From a virus (Duplodnaviria; Caudoviricetes): 64,000 bases of DNA. The notes under the pieces were generated by a model that was given only the letters and a program-made list of their open reading frames with translations, made no database searches and was not told the DNA's origin. Numbering within the stretch: position 1 is the stretch's first letter; every line of letters begins with the position of its first letter. Both the position numbers and the translations under genes were made by a program. The stretch is from the IMG/VR virus record IMGVR_UViG_2602041884_000001, positions 10,432 through 74,431 of that record, one strand, 5' to 3'. This document shows, piece after piece, positions 17,500-27,360 of this stretch.

Positions 17500-20267
17500 T
17501 GGCAACAGGGCTTGGCCAGTGGGAAACAACCACTAAGATCCACTCTGTACTCAAGACTATTGCGCAAGGCGAGATTGAGCGTATGCGTCCGGCCTCTCGG
17601 CTGGCCGAGGTTACGCAGATCAATCCAAGTGACAAGTCAGTGCTGGTTAAGTTTGTCGGCGAGACGAATGAGGTAAAGGTTCCATACACCTCGACCGCCC
17701 CGGCGAATACCGGCCAGTGGGTTCGAGTCGGAGGAACGACTCACGATCGTCATGTCGAAGATGTCATCGGCACTACCGACACCGAGGCGCGGCTCGAGAA
17801 CAACGAGTCTCATATCAACTCGCTCATGAGCTCAATCCTCGGCCCGTCCTGGTCGGACGACGACGACGGCGAGTCGGGCGGCTTTGTTGATCAGATCACA
17901 GACTTCTTCAACGGACTCGGCGGCGGTGCCGAGGATACGATGGAGCTCATCAGGGCTCTAGCAGACAATCCACTTGGCACGCTCGAGGATGCGAAGAACA
18001 AGATCGGAAAGATGATCGAGTCCGCGTTCGGACTGATCAATCCGAGTCGGATTCCACTCCTTCCCGCCTCGCATGTCGGCAAGAACGAGCCCAACATTCT
18101 TGCGAACTACACCTTCGAGAGTGCCATCACTATCGAGACAGGTGGCGCGTGGGTGTGGGACGGAGTCGAGGGGAGAACCGCTCCGGGCTGCGCAAAGACT
18201 ACAGCTAACGGTACTCGCAAGGTTCTCACTTCGGTCGAGGTGAAGTCGGATGCCGGGCAGTCACTCGATTTCGAGGGATATGTCAAGTGGGATGGAGTCA
18301 CCGCGACAGGGAACGCCTTCCAGCTCACTGCGGTCACATACACTGGCGAGTCCGTTGTAAGCGAGACTGTTATCCAGTCCATCACCAATCCTGCCGTCAG
18401 TGGAGGTTGGACCAAGCTTTCTGGCACGTACGTCATCCCAGAGGGCATCACTGCCGTTCGACTCCGCATCGTAGTCACCTCGACTACTACAGCCGGTACG
18501 GTCTGGTTCGATGATCTGCTACTAAAGAAGACCGGCTCAATCAAGCAGGGCTTGATCAGCAATCTGATTCCAGACCTCAGTGGACTCTGGACAAACTTCA
18601 CGAATGTCTTTCAGTTCATCACCGGCATTCCCGGCGCTACACTGACTACACTTCAGACGTGGATTGGGCAGCTCAAGAACATCCTCGGTGGCATATCGAT
18701 CCCAGGTGGATCGATTCTCCCTACGCTTTCGCAGGCTATCAACAGTACGATTAGCGGAGTTCAGGACTTTGTTCAGAACTTGCTCGATGCGATCATTAAG
18801 GGTATCCGTCGAGTTCCGTTCGTTGGTGGCGGTATCGCTGACGTTCTGTCGGCGCTGACCGGCTTTGCGAACAAGACTGAAGGCGACCACCAGAGCCTCA
18901 TGGATAATGTTTGGACTGGCGCAACCCAGCCCAGCAGCGAGGTTGTCGTTGGCAAGACCGACGAAGAGATTCGCCAGGCTGTCGCAGCACTGAAGGCTCG
19001 GGCCGAGGCTGCGACGGCCGCCCAGGAGATGGAGTTCCTCTCGGCGGTTCCGCTGTGGCAGGGGCTCATTCCAGGAGGTGATGTCACAACTCCACTTCAG
19101 GGCGTGAACTCGGAGATGACTTCAACCAACACGTCGAACCTCATGACGCTATTCCGTCCCAGGTCTTCGTTTCCTATTGAGCGTATATCGTTCATGGGCA
19201 AGGTCGCATCCGGCACCAACCCACTCCTCTGGACGGCTGCCCGACTGCTGCTGGCAAGCTATGATGAAGACACAAACATGTGGAGATGTGTTGCTAGGTC
19301 TGCGGATTTCAGGACCGAGCTTGGAACGGCGATCTCGTGGATTCACACGACATTTCTTGTTCCGTACGTCCCTCGTGTTGGTGAAGACCTTGCAATTATT
19401 GCAAAGCCTTACGCCGGAGGTACGGACGGCTTTGCCGTCAGTCTAATGAGGAACACTCCAACTGGTGTCGGCGTGAACGCCTACACCATTCCGCCATCCT
19501 CGATTCACCCGAGGGCAATCACAGCACTGGTCACTGGCGCAAGTACTATGTCAGATGTGGGGGATTCATTCAGCGGAGACGACGGCACGAAGGTCACTTC
19601 GTGGACCAATGGCCTGGTGCCCTTCTATCACTACAGTCCAGACCTCGGCCAGGTTGAGACATACCCGCCACTTTACTGGTTCGATGACTTCAACTCGTTC
19701 ACAGTTACAGAATCCAAGTACAAGAAGATCTCGAGCACCTCGCTAAATGCAACGTTCTCTAGCGGCAAGATGGAGTTCAACGGAACAACCGATGGTCGTC
19801 AGGGCATCCTGTACACCACTCCGATGAATACTGATTTTATGAGTGTTCAGGCCGATGTGGTGTATGATGCGGTGAACTATGGCGAGACGACATGCTCTGT
19901 CATTGGCATTCACCAAGACGTCAACGGCGTGGGCGGAGTGCACCTTACTATCGATCGAACTGCCGGTGGCTCTGTTGTCATGAGAACGGGCGGAAGCCTC
20001 TCGACCCCGATCACCGGAACAACCGTGCGAGCCTCCATCATGAGTGGGCACAACCCAGAAGGCCGCTGGGAGCTTTTCTACGATGCACCAACCTCGACAT
20101 ACAGGGTTGTCCACAATGGGGTCGGACTTGGTGCACTTACCTGGACAGACGGGTCAAACTCGATAGGGCGAGGAAAGGTTCGACGCTATACCATGCTCAA
20201 CGTTGGGCGCGCCTCGTTCCAGGACTCGCTCGGCTGGGATAACCTGCTGATTAAGGACATCACCTAA
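17499..20267 (+). CDS. minor tail protein with carbohydrate-binding-like module
   Basis: 922 aa; 'GWTKLSGTYVIP..VWFDD' module typical of actinophage tail proteins. Confidence 0.8.
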   Translation: MATGLGQWETTTKIHSVLKTIAQGEIERMRPASRLAEVTQINPSDKSVLVKFVGETNEVKVPYTSTAPANTGQWVRVGGTTHDRHVEDVIGTTDTEARLENNESHINSLMSSILGPSWSDDDDGESGGFVDQITDFFNGLGGGAEDTMELIRALADNPLGTLEDAKNKIGKMIESAFGLINPSRIPLLPASHVGKNEPNILANYTFESAITIETGGAWVWDGVEGRTAPGCAKTTANGTRKVLTSVEVKSDAGQSLDFEGYVKWDGVTATGNAFQLTAVTYTGESVVSETVIQSITNPAVSGGWTKLSGTYVIPEGITAVRLRIVVTSTTTAGTVWFDDLLLKKTGSIKQGLISNLIPDLSGLWTNFTNVFQFITGIPGATLTTLQTWIGQLKNILGGISIPGGSILPTLSQAINSTISGVQDFVQNLLDAIIKGIRRVPFVGGGIADVLSALTGFANKTEGDHQSLMDNVWTGATQPSSEVVVGKTDEEIRQAVAALKARAEAATAAQEMEFLSAVPLWQGLIPGGDVTTPLQGVNSEMTSTNTSNLMTLFRPRSSFPIERISFMGKVASGTNPLLWTAARLLLASYDEDTNMWRCVARSADFRTELGTAISWIHTTFLVPYVPRVGEDLAIIAKPYAGGTDGFAVSLMRNTPTGVGVNAYTIPPSSIHPRAITALVTGASTMSDVGDSFSGDDGTKVTSWTNGLVPFYHYSPDLGQVETYPPLYWFDDFNSFTVTESKYKKISSTSLNATFSSGKMEFNGTTDGRQGILYTTPMNTDFMSVQADVVYDAVNYGETTCSVIGIHQDVNGVGGVHLTIDRTAGGSVVMRTGGSLSTPITGTTVRASIMSGHNPEGRWELFYDAPTSTYRVVHNGVGLGALTWTDGSNSIGRGKVRRYTMLNVGRASFQDSLGWDNLLIKDIT

Positions 20268-21271
20268 TGCTAGGCTGGAGCGAGTCTGGACCCCCAGCGC
20301 CGATCCCAGAATCGGTGCTGGGGTGGTTTGACGTGCCCCAGCTTACTTCATCCGAAGACCTATACCTTCAGGACGAGGGCTTCCTCTCCTGGCTGGACAA
20401 TAATCAGACAATGTTCGGTGATCTTGGATTGAATAAGTTGTCCATAACTAATTCAGATCGCCTACACTTCGGCGACGAGGCAGTTGTAAAGATTCCACAG
20501 TCCGTGGATGATCGACTTGTTTCCCAGGACCAAGGTGCATTCAGATTCCCGGGTGAAGGATTTACCCAGTATGGCGATACTGGAATGCTTCTGCCGAGAT
20601 CGACAGGCAGCGACACTGTCGCGTTCGCTGACGGGGATTCGTCTAGACTGAAGCTCGAGTCTGGGGCCTCGCTAGCTTACCAGAGTGAGGGCGACATAGC
20701 CTTTACTCCACGGACTGAAACCTACACGCAGATAACAGTGACCGGCTCCGTCCAGCAGTACAGGGTGCCAGCCTGGTGCAACTTTTTGGACATCATAGGA
20801 CTGAGTGCTGGCGCGTCCGGCCAGACTGGTCACGGCGGTAACGGAAATGCAGGCAAGGGAGGAAAAGCTGGCTCGTGGGATTACGCGATGCGCGAGCGCG
20901 GCAGGTCCAACTTCCCGTCTACGCTTATCATCCTCAGCGTTACGATCGGCGCGGGTGGATCACAGCCTGCCAACTCGGACCTCGCTGGACCTAATGCAGG
21001 TGGCGCAACCATCGTGACCTCGCCAGAAACCGGAACAATACTGAACATTCCAGGCGGCTCCGGCACGGCTGGCGGACAGAACGGCGAGTCTCCGGGCGGC
21101 CTTACTGTTAACGGCGTGTCATACACAGGAGGAGCCGGAGGCACGGGAAACGGAGGCAACGCAACCGCCCCCGGCGGGGCTGGGGCAGGCGGAAACGGCG
21201 GCTTCTTTACCTCGAGAACTAGAGGTGGAGTTGGCTCTGCCGGTCGAGTGTGGATAAGGGCGTACCAGTAA
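20267..21271 (+). CDS. glycine-rich minor tail protein
   Basis: Gly-rich C-terminus ending 'GRVWIRAYQ', typical of actinophage minor tail proteins. Confidence 0.85.
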   Translation: MLGWSESGPPAPIPESVLGWFDVPQLTSSEDLYLQDEGFLSWLDNNQTMFGDLGLNKLSITNSDRLHFGDEAVVKIPQSVDDRLVSQDQGAFRFPGEGFTQYGDTGMLLPRSTGSDTVAFADGDSSRLKLESGASLAYQSEGDIAFTPRTETYTQITVTGSVQQYRVPAWCNFLDIIGLSAGASGQTGHGGNGNAGKGGKAGSWDYAMRERGRSNFPSTLIILSVTIGAGGSQPANSDLAGPNAGGATIVTSPETGTILNIPGGSGTAGGQNGESPGGLTVNGVSYTGGAGGTGNGGNATAPGGAGAGGNGGFFTSRTRGGVGSAGRVWIRAYQ

Positions 21272-21564
21272 TGCCAAACATCATAGAGGCTGACGCACTT
21301 GTCTCCGTGGAGTTCGACAAGGTTATTCCATTTCCATCAGGTGTTATCGTTCACTCGATAGAGATAGACGAGGATGATACGCCACTCGTGAGATGTCATT
21401 TTTCTTACGACTACGAGCCGTTCGAGTCGCTTTCTGCTCCAGAGTTCGAGTTCGATGCGGACGAAGTTGTTGTAAGCAAGCAGTTCGAGTACACAATCAA
21501 TCGCGGAGTCACGTACATAAGTGCTCCCGGCACACGGTCCAGGCCGTCACGAAAGAAGGTTTGA
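21271..21564 (+). CDS. hypothetical protein
   Basis: ATG overlaps the upstream TAA. Confidence 0.65.
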   Translation: MPNIIEADALVSVEFDKVIPFPSGVIVHSIEIDEDDTPLVRCHFSYDYEPFESLSAPEFEFDADEVVVSKQFEYTINRGVTYISAPGTRSRPSRKKV

Positions 21565-21565
21565 A

Positions 21566-21943
21566 ATGCCCATCGCAACCACAGTCTACGAGGATGCTCA
21601 CCTCATCGACTTGGCCGACTACCAGGCGAGCAAGGGGAATCGCATCGCGCTGTTCTACGGAGACACTCGGGTCGGCACTGTGTATGCAGACACAACCTGG
21701 GGAACATCTGCCGCAGTGACCGAGGGTGGAGTTCGACTCGGTCGCAAGCCCGGAAGCACTGTGACGATCAACGTGGGGGCAAGTGTTGTTCCCAATGGAA
21801 CAATCATCGATCGTTATGGAGTCTACAATGGTACAACACTTCTTCGCAAGGTTGGCCTGAACATCGCTGCCGTCGTTAATGATGGCAGTATCGCATTCTC
21901 TGTCGACGTCACACCAGTCATTAAGGTCGGCCCCAAGGCTTGA
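21566..21943 (+). CDS. hypothetical tail-region protein
   Basis: GAAGG RBS; ATG at 21566. Confidence 0.65.
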   Translation: MPIATTVYEDAHLIDLADYQASKGNRIALFYGDTRVGTVYADTTWGTSAAVTEGGVRLGRKPGSTVTINVGASVVPNGTIIDRYGVYNGTTLLRKVGLNIAAVVNDGSIAFSVDVTPVIKVGPKA

Positions 21944-21977
21944 TAGCTGGAAGATAACGGCACCATTACAATGCTTG

Positions 21978-22007
21978 ACCCGACTTCAGCTGTCGGAGTA
22001 GTATAAT
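21978..22007 (+). promoter_or_regulatory. putative lysis-cassette promoter with a small hairpin
   Basis: TATAAT at 22002-22007, preceded by a CCCGAC/GTCGGG hairpin; weak -35. Confidence 0.45.
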
Positions 22008-22028
22008 CGATCGACACAGGAGGAACTC

Positions 22029-22448
22029 ATGACGCAGAACGACACCAGCTCGCCCACGCCCAATCTTCTCAATATCCGCTCGTTCAACGACCTGATCGCA
22101 ATGCTGTACGCACTCTTTCCGGTGCTTACTGGCATGCTAATGGCGTACGGAATCCTCGCAGAAGAGCATGCAGCACTGTGGGCCGCAGTAGGCACTGGCG
22201 CATGCCAGCTGATCCTGCAGTTCGCACGAACCCAAGAGGGCGTGCGCCGCGCAATCTACACCGCGCTGAATCTCGTGAACATGGTACTGATCGCTTACGT
22301 TGCAGGCTGGAATCCCGACAACGTGACAAACCTCCTCCCACTGCTGAACGTCCTCCTGGGCGGCGCTCCGGCTATCGTGGCCGTCCAGAACGTGAACACC
22401 TCCGGCGACGAGACGCGGTACGGCAAGCACGCTGCAAAGGTGGACTAA
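22029..22448 (+). CDS. holin
   Basis: 139 aa; about 4 hydrophobic segments; ACAGGAGG RBS; upstream of the lysins. Confidence 0.7.
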   Translation: MTQNDTSSPTPNLLNIRSFNDLIAMLYALFPVLTGMLMAYGILAEEHAALWAAVGTGACQLILQFARTQEGVRRAIYTALNLVNMVLIAYVAGWNPDNVTNLLPLLNVLLGGAPAIVAVQNVNTSGDETRYGKHAAKVD

Positions 22449-22771
22449 TGATTGTCTACCACCGGACGAGTTACAAAGAGGACTCGCTAGAGGAAACGAT
22501 CGAGCATGTGCGAGATCATGTTGCCTCCATCGCAAACGCGAATGACGATCCGTCGGAGTATCGAGATCAGGTCAAGATTCAGACCACTCGATACGATGAC
22601 GGCTCGGTGCGCGTCTTTGGCGAGCTGGACATGGACCCGTGCTGCGATTACAGCGTGCCAGAGTCCTATGTCGAGCCGCCGGAAGATCAATACCAGAAGG
22701 GCTTCGGCGTGCGCGAGATGACGCCCGACGAGCTTCAGGGGCACCTGCTCAAGAAGGAAGGTCTTCAGTGA
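22448..22771 (+). CDS. hypothetical acidic protein in the lysis cassette
   Basis: ATG overlaps the holin stop; stop overlaps the lysin start. Confidence 0.7.
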   Translation: MIVYHRTSYKEDSLEETIEHVRDHVASIANANDDPSEYRDQVKIQTTRYDDGSVRVFGELDMDPCCDYSVPESYVEPPEDQYQKGFGVREMTPDELQGHLLKKEGLQ

Positions 22772-23403
22772 GTCTTGCAATCGTCAGGGCAATCGCCCAG
22801 GAGTATGTCAAGCTTGGCGGCAAGGCTGTCTACACTCGTGGCTACGAGACGCGAGGCAACGGCCAGACTTCCAACTACAAGGGCATCGTCTTTCATCACA
22901 CCGCTGGAGCTCGCAATGTCAACATCGATCAGATTCTCATCGACGGACGCTGGGACCTTCCCGGCCCGCTCTGTAACTTCTGTATCATGTATGATGGAGA
23001 CCTTGGGGTCATTGCTGCGAACCCTGCGAACCACGCTGGTGCGTCTGGCGGATGGGATACTGCGCCGCTACCGCACACTGGCCTCTTCAATCGCGAGGTT
23101 CTCGGCTGTGAAATCCAGTACCCAGGCACAGAGCCGATGGCTGCAGTTCAGTACGAGTCCGCGAAGCGCCTCGCTGTCGCCACACTCAAGGTACTCAACA
23201 AGCCCGGTCAAACCCAGTGGCTCAAGTTTCACCAGGGTACGTCGATAGAGGGCAAGTGGGACCCAGGTTACCACATTAACCCCACAAAGACGTACAGCAT
23301 CACACAGTTCCGCAACGACGTTAAGGGTATGCAGCAGGGCGAAGACCCGAACTCTGCAGACTGGAAAGACAACGTCCGCCAGCTTATGGGGTACCCGGAA
23401 TGA
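22768..23403 (+). CDS. lysin A, N-acetylmuramoyl-L-alanine amidase
   Basis: Amidase_2 motifs FHHTAG, ANHAG, GCEI, H..K.DPG; GTG start at 22768. Confidence 0.9.
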   Translation: MSLAIVRAIAQEYVKLGGKAVYTRGYETRGNGQTSNYKGIVFHHTAGARNVNIDQILIDGRWDLPGPLCNFCIMYDGDLGVIAANPANHAGASGGWDTAPLPHTGLFNREVLGCEIQYPGTEPMAAVQYESAKRLAVATLKVLNKPGQTQWLKFHQGTSIEGKWDPGYHINPTKTYSITQFRNDVKGMQQGEDPNSADWKDNVRQLMGYPE

Positions 23404-24227
23404 CAACTCGTTATCATCCGCTCAAGCGCGGTTACGTCATCACCAGTAACTTCGGATGGCGCTCGTTTGACAACGCGGTCCACACTGGTATCGACTTCGG
23501 CAACCCGAAGGGATCGTCCGCTGGCTGGCCAGTGTATGCCATCCAGGGTGGGCGAGTGATCTTCGCTGGATCGGCCTCTGGTTACGGTGGTCCCGATCCT
23601 GCAGGTTGGCTCGTGATCGACTCGGACGACTCGCAGGGGTCTGGCGTTTTCGAGTACGGCCACATCGTTCGCAGCCCTCGCGTTACCGTCGGAACAGTCG
23701 TAAGGGCTGGCGATCAGATCGGAACGATCAATCCCAACAGTGCGACGAACGGCGGGGTTGCTCCACATCTGCATGTGTCTTACATGCCGTACGAGTACAA
23801 TCCCCAAAAGAAGAAGGACTTCGCTCCATTCCTGACGGGTGCCACATTCCCCGGCGAAGCAGCACCCGCACCGAAGCCAAGCGAGAATAACACAGGAGGC
23901 ACCATGTCAGACGCAAAAGACGTTCGAGTCCAGCTTCGTGGACCAGGCGACAACGGGTGGACCCAGCTCGCACCCCAGCCTGACGAAAAGGGGGTGCGAT
24001 TCAGCATCTTTAAGGGACGTCACGTCACCGCCCAGACCGTAGTTGAGGCTCTCGCTACCGTCGTGTTCGAGCTCACGTATCGACTTCCCCGAAAGGGACG
24101 AGGGTATGCCGACTACAAGTCGCGAGCCGGAGATACCGTACTTGGAAACGCTGGCAATGCAGCTGCAATCGCTGCAGAGAACCAGGACATCCTACGACGT
24201 ATCGAAGACAAACTCGACGGAAAGTGA
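23400..24227 (+). CDS. lysin A, M23 peptidase plus C-terminal putative cell-wall-binding domain
   Basis: HTGIDF, YGH and PHLH M23 motifs; Pro-rich linker; 'QLRGP..GWTQL' C-terminal domain. Confidence 0.9.
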   Translation: MTTRYHPLKRGYVITSNFGWRSFDNAVHTGIDFGNPKGSSAGWPVYAIQGGRVIFAGSASGYGGPDPAGWLVIDSDDSQGSGVFEYGHIVRSPRVTVGTVVRAGDQIGTINPNSATNGGVAPHLHVSYMPYEYNPQKKKDFAPFLTGATFPGEAAPAPKPSENNTGGTMSDAKDVRVQLRGPGDNGWTQLAPQPDEKGVRFSIFKGRHVTAQTVVEALATVVFELTYRLPRKGRGYADYKSRAGDTVLGNAGNAAAIAAENQDILRRIEDKLDGK

Positions 24228-24231
24228 GCCG

Positions 24232-24657
24232 GTGCTATCCGGCAGGCGACACCAAGATGCGAGTAAGTTCGAAGCGCTGAGATCGTTTCTAATGATCTTG
24301 GCCTTCGTTCTTGCTTCCGTTCCGGCTATCTATGGTATCGTCTTGATTACCTTCGATGAGATTTGGCCTCCGGAACGGTCGGCTATGTCAATTCCTTACG
24401 CGCCTCGGTCGTGGGGGGTTGCGATGCTTGTTGTCGCAGTCGTTGCTGGCATCACCTCGCTTCGTTCGAGGTGGTCGCGCTACTACTCGTACTCTCTTCG
24501 TACGCTCTGCCTGGTTTGGTCCGTGCTCGATGTTACCTTTTTCATCGACATGGTCACAGATGTTGGCAAGCAAGCCGTCATCCCGATCGTGTTCGCAACA
24601 ACGCTTGCTGTTCTATCTGCCAGCGCTTCGGTTTTGGAGGACGAATGGCGCGACTAG
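24232..24657 (+). CDS. membrane protein (lysis accessory)
   Basis: About 4 hydrophobic segments; start uncertain (GTG 24232 or ATG 24292). Confidence 0.7.
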   Translation: MLSGRRHQDASKFEALRSFLMILAFVLASVPAIYGIVLITFDEIWPPERSAMSIPYAPRSWGVAMLVVAVVAGITSLRSRWSRYYSYSLRTLCLVWSVLDVTFFIDMVTDVGKQAVIPIVFATTLAVLSASASVLEDEWRD

Positions 24658-25115
24658 GAAACTTCATCCACAAGATACTCGGGCGGACTCGCGTCGTCGA
24701 GTCCGGCTCCTACCCGTTGTATCGACTTATCGCCCTGTCGGCGACAATCTCTGCAATTTTGCAGATGGCTACACAGACCTGGCCTCAGTCATTTGTTGAC
24801 GCTGCCACGACCACCTGGTCGGGTTGGGTGTTCTCTACCGCGCAACTCTTCGGAGGATTGTTCGTCTGGATCGCACTCTACATGCACGAGGACTCCGAGC
24901 CTAGCCTATCTCGAGTCCAGATTTCACTTTCCCTCGAGCGCATGGGCTGCGCTCTAATGATCTCGGTAATCGGAACCTACACTTACGGTGTTGTCGACCA
25001 GAACGGCGGCATTCCTAAGACGTGGGCGACGTGGGCTCTCATGTTCTTTGGGCTATACCTCGTCTACAGATTCAACGAGATCAGAAAAGCTCTAAAGGAG
25101 TTGCGTAGTGAATGA
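24645..25115 (+). CDS. membrane protein (lysis accessory)
   Basis: GGAGG RBS before ATG 24645; about 4 hydrophobic segments. Confidence 0.75.
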   Translation: MARLGNFIHKILGRTRVVESGSYPLYRLIALSATISAILQMATQTWPQSFVDAATTTWSGWVFSTAQLFGGLFVWIALYMHEDSEPSLSRVQISLSLERMGCALMISVIGTYTYGVVDQNGGIPKTWATWALMFFGLYLVYRFNEIRKALKELRSE

Positions 25116-25440
25116 TGTTGTTACGCTTCTCCTCGGCGGAGGACTTGCCGCCACCATTATCGAAGCAATAAAGTTCGTCGCAAACTTCCGACAGGTACGA
25201 CAGAGGGACGAAGCTGCAACCAGAGTAGACTCCACCGCCGCAGATGTTACAGCTATCAGCGCGTGGAAGGATCTTTGGCAGACCGACTCGCAGCGTGCAA
25301 AAGAGTTCGAGAAAGAACGTAATCATGAAAGAGAGCGCGGCGAAAAGTTGATCGACCTCGTTCAAGACGCTGCCGATCTACTTCCCGCCGCTGATGCTGA
25401 CGCTATTCTGGATAGACTCTCTGTACTTCGAAGGTTCTAG
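25108..25440 (+). CDS. single-TM coiled-coil membrane protein
   Basis: N-terminal hydrophobic helix with GGG, followed by a charged coiled coil. Confidence 0.7.
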   Translation: MNDVVTLLLGGGLAATIIEAIKFVANFRQVRQRDEAATRVDSTAADVTAISAWKDLWQTDSQRAKEFEKERNHERERGEKLIDLVQDAADLLPAADADAILDRLSVLRRF

Positions 25441-25841
25441 TACACCGAGTCAGGCTTGTGCTTCGGCGCAGGCGAGTCATCATGCTGACCGCGAGGCCCT
25501 TGGAGATATTCTTCCACGGCTTCGCGGTCTTCCTCTTCTTTGCCGTCGGCCTCGGGTAGCTCCTCTTTCGATTCGTCCGGAATGATCTCGGCCATTGCTA
25601 TCAGTCCCTCTATCTCTCGTGGTATGACGCCGATCGTGGCATTTGTGATGTCGTAAGGTCCTGCGTACAGGGCGAGACTTGTCGACGGTAGTGGAATCCA
25701 GTCTCCCTCGTACTTGTTGGTATTCACGTTGAAGATGCGACCGAGAATCTCGATGTTGTCTCCGGTGACAGAGCTGCCGTCCTCGCGACCCTTGCCGCTG
25801 ATCTTTACGTGGATTACCTTGTCGTCAATCTCCGTTGACAT
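25437..25841 (-). CDS. hypothetical protein
   Basis: AGGAGG RBS; convergent with the lysis cassette and sharing a CTAG stop. Confidence 0.75.
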   Translation of the reverse strand: MSTEIDDKVIHVKISGKGREDGSSVTGDNIEILGRIFNVNTNKYEGDWIPLPSTSLALYAGPYDITNATIGVIPREIEGLIAMAEIIPDESKEELPEADGKEEEDREAVEEYLQGPRGQHDDSPAPKHKPDSVY

Positions 25842-25941
25842 TATCTACCTCCTGGTTTGACTTCCGCTTGATTACAAACAGCAGTGCATCTAAGACCACC
25901 ACGGCGACGCCGATGCACACAAGCGTCTGCGTGTGATTCAC
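25825..25941 (-). CDS. small membrane protein (38 aa; not in ORF track)
   Basis: MNHTQTLVCIGVAVVVLDALLFVIKRK...; GTG overlaps the upstream stop. Confidence 0.55.
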   Translation of the reverse strand: MNHTQTLVCIGVAVVVLDALLFVIKRKSNQEVDNVNGD

Positions 25942-27140
25942 TCCTTGATCACTCTCTTAATGACCTTCGGTCGCGGCTCCGAGATGGACTCGCGAACAGA
26001 GGAGCGAAGCCTCGACCGCTGCGCCATCGTGAGCACGTCGCCCTCCAGGAGCTTGTTGATCTCCTGGTTGTTGAACTTGCCCATGTTGGCGAACAGGTTA
26101 TCTCCGATGATCTCCCGCACCGTGGCCGGATCGTAAGACTTGCGACGCTGCGACTTGAACACGACGTGGTGGTTCTCGGTGTCGTACTCTATCTCGTCGG
26201 TGTTCATGGCATCTTCAAGCATAGACTCTACGACTTCTTCGATTGCATACTTGATAGCCTTCGAAGCGCCCTCGAGTTCCATGAGACGAGCTGCCATAGC
26301 GTCTCGGTCGCCAGTGATTGCCATGAGGCCACCGGCGTTGACGCTTTTGACGAGTTCTTTGCATGTGGGCTTGAGTACGCAGAACTGACATTCCGAGTTC
26401 AGTGTAGCCCTGCCCTCGCCCTTTTCTGCGATGATTCGCTCCGCGACCTTGCGGACATAGCGCCAGGTGGCTACATTGTCGTCGCGAGTAAACTTCGCAT
26501 CGACAGAGTCGTAGCGGAGCTGATCAAAGCAAACCCAAATCTCATCAGGCTTCAGCGGGAAGCCTAGCTCGGCCTCGATCTCCTTGAAGGCAAGCTGAAT
26601 CGCCATAGCGTACAGACGACCCTGCGGCTTCTGGCGCAACCCTTCCGGTGTTAGCACCTGCCTCCATGTCTTGTAGTCGACGATCCTGACAACAGTCTTG
26701 CCGTCGTCCTCGAACATGTCGAGACGGTCGAAGATGAACGTGTAGGGAATCTCTCCGATCGAGGTCTTGATGTTCACCCTGATCTTGCGCTCGACCATGA
26801 GTACCTGAACGTCATCGAGGTACGTTCTCTCCAGCCAGCGTTCGAGCATGTCGACACCGTCAGAGTAGAACGGGTCCTTCTTGTCGGGCACCCGCCCGAA
26901 CTGCTTCATAAAGTTCTGCTTGAAGAATGCCAGCATGCGCGCCCACTCGACCGGATGCGTCTTGTCGATGAACGCCTCCTTCACCGTGGTCTCGAGCGTG
27001 TCATGCACTGCGGTTCCAAGTTTAGCTGGCTCACCACTCCCACCCGGCGACGGCACGCGCTCGATATACTCAGCGTAGTACCGCTTAGTGCAACCCTCGA
27101 ACGTCTGGATGGATGACGCCGAGATGGAAGTGAGTTTCAC
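25938..27140 (-). CDS. Cas4/RecB-like PD-(D/E)xK exonuclease
   Basis: S.S....F..C, GTAVH, E..DRLD..IVDYKT motifs; CQFC...C completes a 4-Cys set. Confidence 0.85.
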   Translation of the reverse strand: MKLTSISASSIQTFEGCTKRYYAEYIERVPSPGGSGEPAKLGTAVHDTLETTVKEAFIDKTHPVEWARMLAFFKQNFMKQFGRVPDKKDPFYSDGVDMLERWLERTYLDDVQVLMVERKIRVNIKTSIGEIPYTFIFDRLDMFEDDGKTVVRIVDYKTWRQVLTPEGLRQKPQGRLYAMAIQLAFKEIEAELGFPLKPDEIWVCFDQLRYDSVDAKFTRDDNVATWRYVRKVAERIIAEKGEGRATLNSECQFCVLKPTCKELVKSVNAGGLMAITGDRDAMAARLMELEGASKAIKYAIEEVVESMLEDAMNTDEIEYDTENHHVVFKSQRRKSYDPATVREIIGDNLFANMGKFNNQEINKLLEGDVLTMAQRSRLRSSVRESISEPRPKVIKRVIKE

Positions 27141-27141
27141 T

Positions 27142-27360
27142 TTACTTGGCTCCTCTCTTTGTGGACATGCCGCCCCAGATTCCGTCGGTGGAACCTGTTC
27201 TCTTGCGGTAGTCTTGGCATTCTAGCTTTACTGGACACATCATGCAGATCTTCTTCGCCTCGTTTGCGCGAGCCGATTGACCCGGCCCTGGAAAGAATGC
27301 GTCAGGGTCGTGATACCCGGCGCATAGTGCCTGTTCTTTCCAGGGCTCGCGTTCACTTAG
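27142..27360 (-). CDS. whiB: WhiB-family transcription factor domain (no canonical in-frame start; not in ORF track)
   Basis: WKEQALC..DPDAFFP..AKKICMMCPVKLEC..GIWGG; all four Cys and the GIWGG turn are present. Confidence 0.85.
   Translation of the reverse strand, partial: LSEREPWKEQALCAGYHDPDAFFPGPGQSARANEAKKICMMCPVKLECQDYRKRTGSTDGIWGGMSTKRGAK

Noticed and set aside
25437-25443. CTAGTAC at the convergent gene junction as part of the early motif array
   Set aside because: It is explained by two overlapping TAG stops and is an isolated copy.
25938-27140. Cas4-like gene as evidence of a CRISPR-Cas system
   Set aside because: No repeat-spacer array or other cas genes were seen; solo Cas4-like nucleases are common phage recombination genes.
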